Shown here in pieces: positions 1 through 12,416 of a stretch of 64,000 bases of DNA. Every line of letters starts with the position of its first letter. Positions within the stretch are counted from its first letter, which is position 1. The notes under the pieces were generated by a model, which was given only the letters and a program-made list of their open reading frames with translations, was not told the origin of the DNA and ran no database searches. The position numbers and the translations under genes are program-made. The DNA comes from Chiloscyllium plagiosum (Eukaryota), in NCBI RefSeq assembly GCF_004010195.1, contig NC_057734.1, forward strand, positions 26,824,999 to 26,888,998, given 5' to 3'.

Positions 1-195
1 ACCTGGGACGAGGGGCGGTGGCATGGCCCCTACCCAGTGACGGGGGTCGCTGCCAACGCCTTGAGGGTGTACCGGGAGGGGGTCAATAACTGGCACCATT
101 TCTCTCATTGCTCCAGGTCAGGAAAGCCTAACACTACTCTGACTCCGGTTGCGGAGGTCGCGCCCGACAAGGAGCTGGAAAATGAGGGAAAGTAA
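1..195 (+). mobile_element. pol: Endogenous retrovirus pol, integrase C-terminal (GPY/F) domain; runs in from the window edge
   Basis: Frame 1 translates TWDEGRWHGPYPVTGVAANALRVYREGVNNWHHFSHCSRS...ENEGK*, matching the retroviral integrase tail pattern W-x-GPY-x-V...W-x-H-x-SH-C; PPT and LTR follow downstream. Confidence 0.8.
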
Positions 196-316
196 CAGAC
201 TCCTGAACTGGCTGGGTTTCTGCCTAGTGATACAGATGCTGCAGTTTGCGTGCATGTCCGTTCCCGGTAGACGGGGGACTATCATTAATGTACGGAATTC
301 ACACTGCTCACGGTGA
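182..316 (+). pseudogene. Truncated env-like ORF (signal-peptide-like leader) overlapping the pol end
   Basis: ATG at 182 gives MRESNRLLNWLGFCLVIQMLQFACMSVPGRRGTIINVRNSHCSR*: basic N-terminus plus hydrophobic core, at the position where env normally begins. Confidence 0.45.
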
Positions 317-1116
317 CAGGTCTATTTCAGGTTCGTCTATTTCCGTAGGGTACGGGGTTCCAATAGGTGTGTGCTTATGCTTCTTTTTTCCCTACTACTA
401 CCCAATACTATCCCTTCTCCCTCTGTGTAACATCTGCTGTTCAAAAAAATAAACCCCTTCCATGTTAGTTTTGCCCACCTACATTGGCAGCACTTTGACT
501 TATACTTTACGCTGCAGTCAGGGGCCGAGAAGTACTGTATGCCCCGGGATTCAACTGCTGATCACACCAGTGACTACTACACTGCAATCGGAGGTTCTAC
601 GTGGGTTTTGATCGGATTGCCACTGCCCGGCTCTGTCCTCAGCGGCAACTAGATGGAGGTTGCTGCCCGTTACTGACTGGAGGTTATCCAGTGGCAGAAG
701 AGTCTCCTCGGGCACGGGTCAGCCTGGCACTGGTGCAATTGCGCTGTGCACTCGGAGGAGATTGCCTCCGACCACATGGCCTGCAGTACATACATCAGAC
801 GCCTGGACGGGCCTGCAGGCCTGTGAACCATTCTGGCCGGCAGGAAGGCCGGGGCACAGTACACTGTTCCAATGGTTTTCCGATCGCTGGCGTGTACCTG
901 ACTGCGGGCAGTATGCCCTTACATTTTCTCGTTTGTTTTAAAAAAAACACAAGACAAAACACACACCACCGTAGCGAATGGGCATTTACACTTGGGACTT
1001 TTTTTGGACAGCAGACGTGGCACCCGATGTAGTTTACTTTCACCCCTTCCGGACCTCTTACGTTCGTTAATGTTTACATGGGTTGGTGTGGCCTCAGTAG
1101 AGGCCAAGGGAGGGAA

Positions 1117-1897
1117 TGTTGGGGAGATTTCACTGGGGTTTTTAATGTAGGGCTAGGGAGGGTGACACTAGTTCTGCAACAGACACTTCTAGTTCCAGCC
1201 CTGAAATGGTTAACAACAGCCAAGCGAGCTGCTGCTGGCGACTGTATGACTACCTGGCTGGAGCTTGTAAGGGATATGCATAATGTTAATTAAATCTTGG
1301 AGCCTGTAAATACCAGCCAGTATCAATTGCCCCATCGAAACTCGGGATTAATAAAGAAACCGATCGGAATCTGTAACTGTTAGACAAGTGTGAATTGCTC
1401 TATCGGAACCTGTAACTGTTAAGTGTGAATGGCTCTATTTAAGTCTAAAGTTGATAAGTGTAATTGTCAATTTAGTTAAACTGAAACTATTGAAAATGGC
1501 TAGCCTGTCAGACGCATAGTAATTCCTTGAAACAATGAAATATTGAATACGGGATCGGAACCGCTCCCGGGGATGGCTGAGCCATTGTCAAGCACAGCAG
1601 GAGCTGGACAGACACTTCGATGCGGCCAATAGGAGGACGGATCCCCAGCGCGCGCAGATGAATGGACCAATGGGGAAGGCGAACTGACCGGGGACTCCAG
1701 GCAGCGCGAAGTATAATTGTGTCAAGTTTGAACGAGAAGGGAGAACGCCTTCTCCAACGAATGCATGCTTGTAGATTCGTTGTACCAGTTAAGATTCTGT
1801 GAATAAACGGCTGTCTGCGTCTAACCATAGTTGCCAGTGTGAGTCTCTCCTTCCGAAAGAACACGCAAAGATGGGACCCCGCGGGTCCGTCTTAACA
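1117..1897 (+). mobile_element. ERV 3' LTR (~780 bp)
   Basis: Preceded by polypurine tract AAGGGAGGGAA; termini TGTT...AACA; tandem ~35-39 bp repeat at 1363-1436; CCAAT at 1626 and 1667, TATAA at 1712, AATAAA at 1802; hairpin GGACCC-cgc-GGGTCC near the 3' end; abrupt drop in CpG content after 1897. Confidence 0.8.
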
Positions 1898-2369
1898 CCA
1901 TATTAAAAATAACTTAGCTGGTCAAGTCACAATGTGTATTGACCAGATCTCCTGGTGTAACACATCATCTTCATCTTTACAGATGTTGTGTTCCCTTCCC
2001 TTATCCTATCTCTGTTTGTGTGTTCATTCAGCTATGTCCCATTTATTTTTACTGAAGATGCAACCCTTAACTAACTAAGCTGTTTCAATCCCTTCATTAT
2101 CAATGCTACGTAATCGTCGTACTGTGAATCTACAGTCATGTTGTGCCTAATGTTTCACAAGAGACAATTACATACCTTTGATGTGATATAACTAGCTTTA
2201 AATAACATATAACAAATCTGTTTATTGTTCATCAAAATTGAGGTTAGCTTCTGTCTCATGTGTCATGTGGGCATTTTTCGCAATATAATGTCAATAGCCT
2301 AGACTAATACCAGCAAGATAGATTGGCAGAAAATCTGCCCAGTGTGATTTCAGCAGAAATCAATACATA

Positions 2370-2740
2370 TGAAATAGTCACCCCAGTCTCTATGTCCTCT
2401 TTCCCTTGCCCCACCCCAGTGGGACTGTCTGTTCTTTCCAGTTTGGCAGTTAGCCACACCATTATTCTACCATTCTCACATTCCAATCACTTAATCTGAA
2501 CTATTAAAATCCCTTCTTCTGCTGCACTCTACACTCACTGGTGATTCCCCCCTCCCCATCACTCCCAATGATAGATTAATCACTGATCCCTCCACACTTT
2601 CACTTCAGCTGTGATGAAGAGTCATCTAGACCTGAAATGTTAGCTTGCTGACTCTCCATGAATGCTGCCTGATCCGCTGTAATCTCCAGTATTTGTTGTT
2701 TTCAGTACAGACTACAGAGTCTGTAGTAATTTGCTCCTAT
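2370..2740. mobile_element. Degenerate Penelope-like terminal fragment
   Basis: Decayed motif gtgatgaagagtcatctagacctgaaatgtt followed by the tgctgcctgatccgctg...ctccag tail seen in other Penelope-type ends in this window. Confidence 0.45.
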
Positions 2741-3784
2741 TTACAAAACAGTGACAGGTATGAGAATCTGAAGATTCTACTTAACTGTATTACGTAAGGT
2801 GAAAACAGTGACAGATATCACTGACACATTAACAATGCTAGCAGTGATGAGAGCCTGAAGAAATCTTCAGTTCTGCAAAAACCTCAACCTTCTGACAAGA
2901 AAAAAAGATCTATAAACTTTTAACCAGAAATCTGAGCGCAGCTTTGAACATTGAGCGTCTTAAAAGTACACAGAGACTGTCCAGTTTGTCTGAAAGCTGT
3001 AGCTGGCAATTCAAAAGACTGCAGTAATCATGGCAGCATTGACCTTGCCTGGAAAAGGTCAAAGCAGCCAATTAATGAAAAACATTGAAAAAGCTGGTGA
3101 AGACCATGCAGAGTATCACTAAAATTACAAAGGAAAATATCGAAATCATAATCCTAGGATAGAGTGGTTGATTTCAGACACCATTGTGAGTTAAATCTCT
3201 TAGAAGAAGGGTAAAAAATTTATATTTAAAAGGAAGAATGTAGGCTGGGAAACCAAGAAGAATGCTTAAAATGGTATTTTAAACAAATAATCATTGTCAT
3301 GACTGTTAAAGGAATTTGAGAAAAAGCTGCAGGAAAAATCTTTGTTTTAAAAAAGATACTTGGTAAGACAATTGGGGAAATCGCAGTATAGATTGATTAA
3401 CGATAGTGGAAAAATTGAAGGCTCAAGAAGAATTCATTAAAACCAATGGATTGAAGAGGTAAACATTTTTTTATTGCTCAACCAAAAATATTCTTTGAAG
3501 AAGCATTGTCAGAGTGATGCCTTTTTTCAATGTAAAATGGTCTGTAAAGCTCAAAGAAGAGGCAGGAAGGGCATAAATCTTCTACAGTGTTAAAAAGGGC
3601 ATAAAACCATGAATAAGGGGAAAATGGAGCAGGTGTTTTCCTCCATTTTGTACAAAAATTAAAACATTGTATTTCTTAATTTTGTAGCATTTCCACACCT
3701 TTAATCATTTTAAAGTGACTTTTACAGTAACAGGACAATTCTGAAATAGTAAGAACATTCTTGAAAAGGAAAATTAGATGCCAG

Positions 3785-4100
3785 GGTGGTGTGGTGACTC
3801 AGTGGTGAGCATTGCTGCCTCACAGTGCCAGGGACCCTGGGTTCATTTCCAGCTTGAGGCAACTCTCTGTAGGGAATTTGTTCATTCTCACTGCTTGGGT
3901 TTCCTCCCACTGTCCAGAGATGTGCAAATTAGGTGGATTTGCCATGCTAAATTACCCACAGAATCCATGGATGTGTAGATCAGAATAATTAGCTATGGGA
4001 AAATGCAGGGTTGTGGGAAAGAGGGGGCCCTGGGAGGGATGCTCTTTGGAGGTTTATTGTGGACTTGGGCTGAATGGCCTGCCTCCACACCGCAGGGATT
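3785..4100 (+). mobile_element. tRNA-derived V-SINE (HE1-like)
   Basis: A-box (tgactcagtgg) and B-box (ggttcatttcc), V-domain-like core gtttcctcccactgtccagagatgtgcaaattaggtggatttgccatgctaaatt, CR1-like tail gggctgaatggcctg. Confidence 0.75.
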
Positions 4101-5538
4101 CAAAGAAGATAGAAATTAATCTTTTCCATAAAAATTTTTATTAGCAAATAATTTCATTATCCAATAATTAAAGAAATAATTACAACTTCTAAAACATTTG
4201 CTCCAACAACTCTCTGGCCAATGGAATGAGAGCAGCCATTTAGTTAATGGGGAGGTAAGGAGCAGCAGTAGCATGATACTGCTATTAAACAAATTGGGTG
4301 AATAATCAAGGCGACTTCCAACCCGGGTAGATAAAAAGATTAGGGAACAGGAGAACTTATGTTTCTGTGGCCTATATGATCAATAAAATAAGCTCCCCAT
4401 TGCCATATTTGGTGTTGTTCTTTGAGAAATTTACAGCCACAGTGCTATCTTGTGGCAAATATTTAATACTACAACTGGAATTATCACCAAAAGCTTAAAT
4501 TTAATTGATTGACAGTCACGTAGCTTTAGGTGACAGAATTATATGCACACAGCAACACCATCACATGCAATATCACTAGAATATTTGTGTCTACTCCAAG
4601 TGTTTAATGTAATAAATAAAACACTTTTCTGTTTATACTGCCTTGCCATGAATTAATTGTTATGACATGGGGTAAACCCTCCTGCTAAATTTAAAACCAG
4701 CAATGCAGAAAAGATTTATCCTGTGCAGTAGTCTGCTAAACTTTGAGTGGCCAAGAATTATTTAAAGTAAAAATTAACAACTGTATTTCTTAAAGTATTA
4801 TAGAGAATAATTAGCTAACCACTATTTACAATTTCTTTCTCTAACCTATCTTTTAGCTTCCCTTCTATAATACTAGTCTGATAAAACTCCCAATTAAAAT
4901 TTACAAAACAACACTTCTTATCTCAAAGCTGTAGCCGGCAATTATCTTTAGATCTTCCTTTTCTCGTTATTAGGAATTTCTGCATTACAGGTTATTGATC
5001 GAAAAGGGACTTTTAAGAGAGAGAATTTTTTTCAAGCAGTGTCTCACATGTTTGGCTGTGGCAGATCCCCTCTCAACTGTTCACTTTTCCCCAGTCTTAT
5101 ACTCCAGAGCATCGGATTGTGTCATTGGCTTTTAAGGTTGTCAATATACTCAATTCAAACTTGATTGGAAATTGGTATTTTTCAGGGTATAATTTAAACT
5201 GATTGGCCAATTTCGAATCATTTATGTTTCAGGCCACTGAGTGAGTGCTGTTTGTTCTTAATCAAAATGTTATTTGGTAAATTCTCCAGCATTCGGTGTA
5301 TTTGCCAAGCCCTTCATTCTCTTTAAGGTACACCCACATCTTCATAACACCACCCGCTTCAGAAAAAAATGAACCATCATAATGAAAAGATGGCTTCATT
5401 TTTTTTTCCTACCTTTTAACACATTACCCTAATATACTGATAACCTTCATATAAGTTCACCTTAATTCTTCCCATACACCTACATATACATATACATAAA
5501 CCATTAATTAAAGACAAATCTCATCTAAACTCTATCAG

Positions 5539-6046
5539 TTAAATCTGCGGTAACGCATCTGTGATTACATTCTTCTGAACTGCAACATGTATGATTTTCA
5601 AATTAAAAGTCTGTAACATAATTCTCCAATGAAGTAGTCTCATATTCTTGTCTTTAAAATGATCTAAGAATGTAAGTGGATTGTGGTCAGTGTACACAAT
5701 CATCACCAACACATTGTTCGTGACATACACATTAAAATACTGTAAGGTCAGTACCAAACTCAATCGTTTATTTTCAATTGTGGAGTATTTCCTCTGGTGG
5801 ATGTTGATCTTCTTTGAAAAGTAACCAACTGGCAGTTCAATCCCCATCCTCATTTTCCTGGAGGAATGCAGCTCCAACTCCAATGTCACTAGCATCGATG
5901 GCGACTTTAAAAGGGTTTGAAAAGTTTGGTGTAGCTAAAACTGGCTTGGTGGTTAGTATTGATTTCAAATGGTCGAATGCCTCCTGGTATGGTTCTGTCC
6001 ACCGAAACTTTGTGCTCTTCTTCAGCAAATCGGTTAATGGTTTCAC
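5539..6046 (-). pseudogene. Gypsy RT connection/RNase H remnant (frameshifted)
   Basis: PLTDLLKK...PFKVAIDASDIGVGA / PVGYFSKK...YSTIE...VYTDHNPL...NVITDAL motifs split across two frames. Confidence 0.9.
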
Positions 6047-6229
6047 ACTGTAGGGAATCTAATCTAAGCACACACCCATCAATCAAATTAACTACATTTA
6101 ATTCTTTCCAACTCAACATAAGTCTGACCTGGTTCCTTCTTTGTGTTTCTGAACCATTGTCTATATGCTTCTGGTACCAATTCATAATCACTTAAAATAT
6201 CCTGTTTAACCTCGTCAGAATCTCTTGAC

Positions 6230-6900
6230 CCCTGAACTGACAATGTGGCAAATACCTCACTAACTCTGCCTACCAGTTTAGTCTGAATTAGGATTACTCA
6301 TAAATCCTGGGACTCCTCCATTTGCCTAGCCAATTTTTTCAAATGAAGTAAAGAAAGCTTCAACATCTTTCTCATCAAAATGTGGCAGAGTTTTGACATA
6401 TTTATAAAAATCACTATCTTCACTTCTAATCTCCAATTCTGTTAACTTGACTTTGCTGACTAAGTCGCAACTGCTCAAGTTCAAATTCTCTCTCTTCTCT
6501 CTCGCTTTCTCTCTCTCTTTCTTCTATCTCTCTCTTTCTCTCTCCCTTTCTTCTCTCTCTCTCTTTGCTCAGCCAAGAACCTTCTCTCTCTTTTTCCTCT
6601 CTCTCTTTCTCTCTCCCTCTCTCTTTCCTCCCTCTCTGTTTGTTTATCTTCTAACTCCATTTTCCTCAAATATAATTTAAGTTTTTCTACCCCTACTGCA
6701 CTTGTCTGTTTCTCTGATACACCTAAGTGTTTGAGTAACCCATTTACAATTTCAGCTTTCCTTTTGTCCTTGGTTAAACCCAAATCTAACTTATTTGCTA
6801 ATTCTAAAAGTATGGCCTTTTCCTTTCCTTTTAAACTTTCTTGGCAAATTTGAGAATCATTTTCAAATTCCAGAACCTCTTTGCAATTTTAAGAGCCTTT
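6230..6900 (-). pseudogene. Gypsy gag remnant with E/R-rich coiled-coil encoded by an (AG)-rich tract
   Basis: ORF 6481-6783 (ERERERE...) and downstream YVKTLPHFDEKDVEAFFTSFEK-type gag motif around 6330-6410. Confidence 0.7.
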
Positions 6901-8299
6901 TCTCTCACTTCTAATTTCGGTGACTTGGGATTGATTAAATTAAACAAATTGTCTCACCTGCATTTATTTAAAGATCTAGGACACTAACCTGCAAGTGTTT
7001 ACATCTACTGGGATTTAAATCTATTCAGATCTGTCTAAACCAGTTCAAATCACGGACCTGAGCACCCAAACTGTTATGATGCAGGGTAAACCCTCCTGCT
7101 AAATTTAAAACCAGCAACACAGAAAAGATTTATCCCGTGCAGTAATCTGTAAAAATTTGAGTGGCCAAGAATTATTTAAAGTAAAAATTGACAACTTTAT
7201 TCCTTAAAGTGTAACAGAGAATAATTAACTTATCACTATTTACAATTTCTTTCTGTAATCTATCTTTTAGCTTCCCTTCTACAATACTAGTCCAATAAAA
7301 CTCCTAATCAAAATTCACAAAACAACACTTCTTATCTCAAAACTAGATTAAATCTTCCTGTGTCTTCTTTTCTCCTTGGAGTTTCTGTGTTACAGGTTAC
7401 TGATCGAAAAGGAACTTTTAAGAGAGATTTTTTTTCAAGCAGTCTCTCACATGCTATGATGTGGCAGATCTCCTCTCAACTGTTCAATTTTCCCCAGTCT
7501 TACACTCCAGAGCATCGGATTGTATCATTGGTTTTTAAGGTTGTCAATATACTCAATTCAAACTTGATTGGAAATTGGTACTTTTTGGGGTATAATTTAT
7601 ACTGATTGGCCGAATTTGAATTTGCTTTTTGTCTCCAGGCATCTCAGCGAGTACTGTTTATTCTTAATCAAAATGTTACTTTGGAAATTCTTCAGCACTT
7701 GGTCTACTTGCTGAGTCCTTCACTCTCTTTAAGGTACACCCACATCTTCATAACATAATCTATGAGTAAAATGAGAAATAGTAATCTTCATATTTTCTAA
7801 TACTGTACAGTGCTTTGCCACATTCCCACCCATTGACTGAACATATTAATTTATTCTTGCAGTCTCCTTATATCCTCTTCCCAGCTTACTCTTCTACCCA
7901 TTTTTGTATCATCGGCAAATTTAAAAACTGTACACTTTATTTCCCATCCATGATTTGGATGAGGGGTATAATGGCACAGTAGTTAAGTTGACTCACGGAA
8001 GGGTAGGGAAGTATGTTGTGAAAAAGACATAAGGAGGTTTCTTATAAAATATGGATAGGTTAAGGCATTAGGCATAAATCTGGCAGGTACAGCATAATGT
8101 GGGAAAACCTAAAGTTGCTCATTTTGGCTGGAAGAATAGAAAAACAAGAGGATTGCCTAACAGAGAATGCATGAAGTCACACCACATTAAGTCATATTGC
8201 AAAGGTTTATTTGAAATCACAAGCTTGCAGAGCGCTGCTCCTTCATCAGGTGAAGTGAAGAGAAGCACACATGGACAAAATTTATAGGCAGAGGGCTAG

Positions 8300-8790
8300 T
8301 ATGGAAACAGACCCTTCGGTCCAATCAGTCCATGCCAAACATAATCCCAAATTAAACTAGTCCTACCTGCCTGCTCCTGGCCCATATCCCTCTAAACCTT
8401 TCCTATTCATTTATCTATCCAAATGTCTTTTAAACATAAATGTATCCATATCCATTACTACTCAGGAAGATCATTCCATATGTGAATCACCCTCTGTGTA
8501 AAATATTTGCCTCATGTCTTTTTTAAATATCTCTGTTCTCATCTCAAAATGTGCCCCCTAGTCTTGAAATCCCCCATCCTAGAGAAAAGACAACAACCAT
8601 TATCTCTATCTATATGTCTCATTATTTTATAAACTTTTATCAGATCGCTTTTCAACCTTATATGCGCCAATGAAAAAAGTCCCAGCCTATCCAGCCTTTC
8701 TTTATAACTCAAAACTTCCATATCAAGCAACATCCTGGTGGTTCTCTTTTGAACCGTCTCCGGCTTGATAATCTCCTTCCTATAACTGGG
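8300..8790 (-). mobile_element. CR1 LINE 3' end
   Basis: ETVQKRTTRML...LSYKERLDRLGLFSL...DLIKVYKIM...KTRGH, the CR1 ORF2 C-terminus. Confidence 0.85.
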
Positions 8791-8807
8791 CAACCACGTT
8801 ATACTAG

Positions 8808-11611
8808 GAGAAAGTGAGGACTGCAAATGCTGGAGAGTTGATAAAGTGTGATGCTGGAAAAGGCGCAGCAGGTCAGGCAGCATCCGAGGAGCAAGAGAGT
8901 CAAAGTTTTGGGAATAACCCTTCTTCAGGACTGGAGAGGGAGAAGGAGGTTAAGAGATAAATGGGGAAGTGGGGCTAAGAGAAATGTAGGTGGGATGGCG
9001 ATAAGTTGGTTAAGGTAGGAGGTGATGGTGATACGTCAGTGAGAAGTGTGGCGCAGATAGGTGGGAAGGAAGATGGACAGATAAGTCAGGTCAAGAGTGC
9101 AGATCTGAGTCAGAGGGTTGGATCTGGGATGGAGTGGGAGGAGGGGAGATCTGAAAACCGGTGAATTCAATGTTCATGTCATGTTGTTGTAGCTTCCTGA
9201 GGTGGAAGATAAGATCTTCCTCTTCCAGTTTGGGGTGGCCTGGTGTTGGAGGCCCAGAATGGATCTGTCCTCAGGGGAGTGGGAGGGGTTAGTTGAAGTG
9301 GATGGCCACACGAAGGTGGGATTGGTTGGTGCCTTTGGACCAGAGATATTCCCTGAACCTTTTTGACTGCGCAAGTTTGCACTCAGTCTCTCCAATATAG
9401 AGGAAACCACATCAAGAGAACCAGATGCAATAAATGAGGTTGGAGGATATACAAGTAAAGTTCTGCCAGATTTAGAATGATCCTCTGGGGCATGAGGGTG
9501 GAGGTGTGGGCACAGGTTTTGTACCTCTTATGGCAGGAGGTAAAGGTACCAGGTGTGGAGAGAGGGTTAGTGGGTAGAATGGACCTAATGTGGGAATGGT
9601 CCCTGCAGAGTGCAGATAGGGGTGGGGTGGAAAATATATTTTTGGTTGTGGTGCCTGACTGTAGGTGGGGAAGTGGAGGAGGATGATGTGCTGGATTTGG
9701 AGCTTGGTCAGGTGGAATTGAGGGCCGGGGGATTCTATCCTTATTGGGCTCGGGTGGGTGGGGTTCAAGAGCAGCTGTGCAGGATTTGGAGGAGATATGG
9801 TTGAGGGCACCGTTGATCACAGGAGATGTAAAATAAGGTTCTTGAAGTAGGAGGACATTTGGGAATCACTCATCCTGACAGCAGATATGGTGAAGGCGGA
9901 GGAATTGAGAGTAGGGATTGTGTTTTTACGGGAGGTGAGGTGAGAGGAGGTGTAGTCAAGGTAGCTATGGGAGTCAGTGGGTTTGTAGGAGATGTCAGTG
10001 TGGAGTCAGTCACTGGAATTGGAGTGGTCCAGGGAGGGGTCAGAGATGGACCAGATGAATTTGAGGTCGGGGTGGAAGGAGTTAGTGTTGATGAATTATC
10101 TGTTTGAGCATGAGGCAATACCGATACAATCATCAATATAGCAGAGGAAAAGCTGGGAGATGGTGCCAGTGTAGCTGTGGAAGAGTGACTGTTCCACATA
10201 CCCGACAAAGAGGCAGGCATAGGTGGAACCCATGTGAACCCATAACCACCTCTCTGGTTTGTAGGAAGTGAGGGGATTGAAAGAAGAAGTTGTTAAGGGT
10301 AATATCTAGTTCTGCCATTCAATGAGAGTGTTAGTAGAAGGGGACTGGGTGGGGTGGCAGGAAAGGAAGAAATGGAGGGCTTTTAGGCTTCCGCATGGGG
10401 ACACAGGTGTAGAGGGATTGGATGTCCATGATGAAGATGAGGTGTCTGTGCCTGGGAATCGGAAGTCATGGAGGAAGTAGAGGGCATGGGTGGTGTCTCA
10501 AAAGTATGTGGGGAGATCCTGGACCAAGGGGGATAGGACGGAGTCGAGATAAATGAAGATACATTCAGTGGGGCAGGAGTAGGCGGAGTCAATCAGTCGA
10601 TGGGGGCATCCTAGTTTGTGAATGTTTGACAAGAGTTAGAACCCTGTGATGTGGGGTTGGAGAACTATGAGGTTGGAGACTGAGGGGATGAGGTTGTGGA
10701 TGGTATTGGAAATGATGGTTTGTTGATGATAGTTGAGGTCGTAGTCAAGGGGACAATAGGAGGAAGTGTCGGCGAGTTGGTGCCTGGCTTCAGTGATGTA
10801 GAGGTCAGTGCGCCATTTTACCACCTCGCCTCCCTTGACAGCTGGTCAAACAGCCAACCTCTACATGACTGAAGCCAGGTACCAAGCCCCTCTCCACATA
10901 AGGTACATTCCCCTGCTGCCGCAAGAAGTGCAAAACCTGCACCCACCCCTACTCCTTCACTTTGGTCCAAGATCCTAATGATAATTCCAAATCCAGCAGA
11001 AATTTACTTGTACATCATCCAACCTCATTTATTGCATCTGGTGCTCTTGATGTGGTCTCTTCTACATCGATGAGACTGAGTGCAAACTTGCGGACTGGCT
11101 CAGGGAACATCTCTGACCCATACGCACCAACCGACTCCACCTTCCTGTGGCTGTCCACTTCAACTCCCCCTCTCACACCCCTGAGGACGCATCCATTCTG
11201 GGCCTCCTCCATTACCTACATAAGGCCAACCACAAACTGGAGGAAGAACACCTTGAGAGCCTACAACCTCACGGCATAAACATTGAATTCACCAGTTTCC
11301 AAATCTCCCCTCCTCCCAATCCCATCCCAGAACAAACCCTCCAACTCAGATCCACCCTTTTGACCTGGCCAACCTGTCCATCTTCCTTCCCACTTATCCA
11401 CTCCACACATTCCACCAATGTATCACCATCACCTCTTACTTTTGCCTACCTATCATATTGCTTCCTACCTTCCACTAGCCCCACCCCCCCATTTATCTCT
11501 CAGCCCCCTTCTTCCTCCACAGTCCTGAGAAGGGTAAAGCCCGAAATGTTGTTTCTCTGGGGCCTTGGATGCTGCCTGACCTGCTGTGTGTTTTCCAGTA
11601 CTACACTTTAT
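8808..11611. mobile_element. Penelope-like element with inverted structure (long minus-strand RT/GIY-YIG part, plus-strand inverted 3' part from ~10845)
   Basis: Degenerate RT remnants (LNNFFFQSPHFLQTREVVMG) and GIY-YIG-end remnants (VHFNSPSHTPED.SILGL...GINIEF) on opposite strands; inverted termini; imperfect 17-bp TSD caaccacgttatactag (8791-8807) / caaccatgttataccag (11612-11628). Confidence 0.85.
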
Positions 11612-11954
11612 CAACCATGTTATACCAGATGTTTCATTCTGATATGCGAAGAGGTCAATTAATAATGGTGTCCTTAAGGGAAAAGTGAACATAATATGCA
11701 AATTCTTCAAGGGGATAGAAAGTGAAATTGAAAACTAGGATCCTAAATATAAACAAAGGAAACTATGAAGATAAATGGTATGAACTGGACATGATAGTTT
11801 AGGTAGCTTCAATAAAATACATAACAAAGGATAGGTAATGGCTAATATTAAAGGAACAAATTCATATATTGCAACAGAAGTTTGGGAACAGTTTAGTATT
11901 CAGTAAAGGAAAACCAGGAGAATCATTAAGAGGTAGAGTATTAAAAATAAACTG

Positions 11955-12416
11955 ATGCGTGGATGGAGGGGGATAAAGGTAAGGCGTTTGCTGAGGACTG
12001 ATCGTTCATCCTCAGTGAGGGAAGGTCTGGGGGGATGGTGAAAACTTGGCAGGGCTGGGCGTTCGGACCTGGTGTAGGTGTGGAGCTGGGAGTGGGGTGG
12101 AGCCTGTAACTGGAGTGGGTGTGGTGATGGGGGAATGGGGGTGGAGTCATGAGCAAGGGTGGTGTTCTCAGGATTCTGGGGAGCGGGGATGGTGACAGTG
12201 GGATCTGTGGGAGGTCGTGTCGGCAGAATGCAGGTGAGTGGCGTTGATGGGGGTGGAAGTGGTGGTGAACAAGGTGGTGAAGCCCTTCCTGATGAAGGGC
12301 TTTTGCCCGAAACGTCAATTTTCCTGCTCCTCAGATGCTGCCTGACCTGTTGTACTTTTCCAGCACCACTCTGATCTAAACTCTGGTTTCCAGCATTTGC
12401 AGTCCTCACTTTTGCC
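11955..12416. mobile_element. Penelope-like fragment with terminal repeat
   Basis: 16-bp TSD TATTAAAAATAAACTG at 11939-11954 and 12417-12432; SLTEDERSVLSKRLTFIPLHP motif on the minus strand joined to an inverted terminal repeat. Confidence 0.85.
12289..12316 (+). ncRNA. Minimal type I hammerhead ribozyme core (Penelope-associated)
   Basis: CTGATGA-A-GGGC-TTTT-GCCC-GAAACGTC: conserved core boxes, 4-bp helix II, palindromic ACGU helix III. Confidence 0.75.

Larger units (their letters stand above)
4658..7755 (-). mobile_element. Internally deleted Ty3/Gypsy LTR retrotransposon (Gmr1-like), both LTRs present
   Basis: Direct LTRs 4658-5349 and 7072-7755, each TGTTATGA...TCATAACA; 4-bp TSD TAAT (4654-4657, 7756-7759); tRNA-Pro-like PBS and purine tract on the minus strand; gag and RT-end/RNase H remnants inside. 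Confidence 0.92.

Noticed and set aside
3785-3860. tRNA-like A/B boxes (also near 22235, 26520, 35485, 38655)
   Set aside because: These are SINE heads, not cloverleaf-forming tRNA genes.
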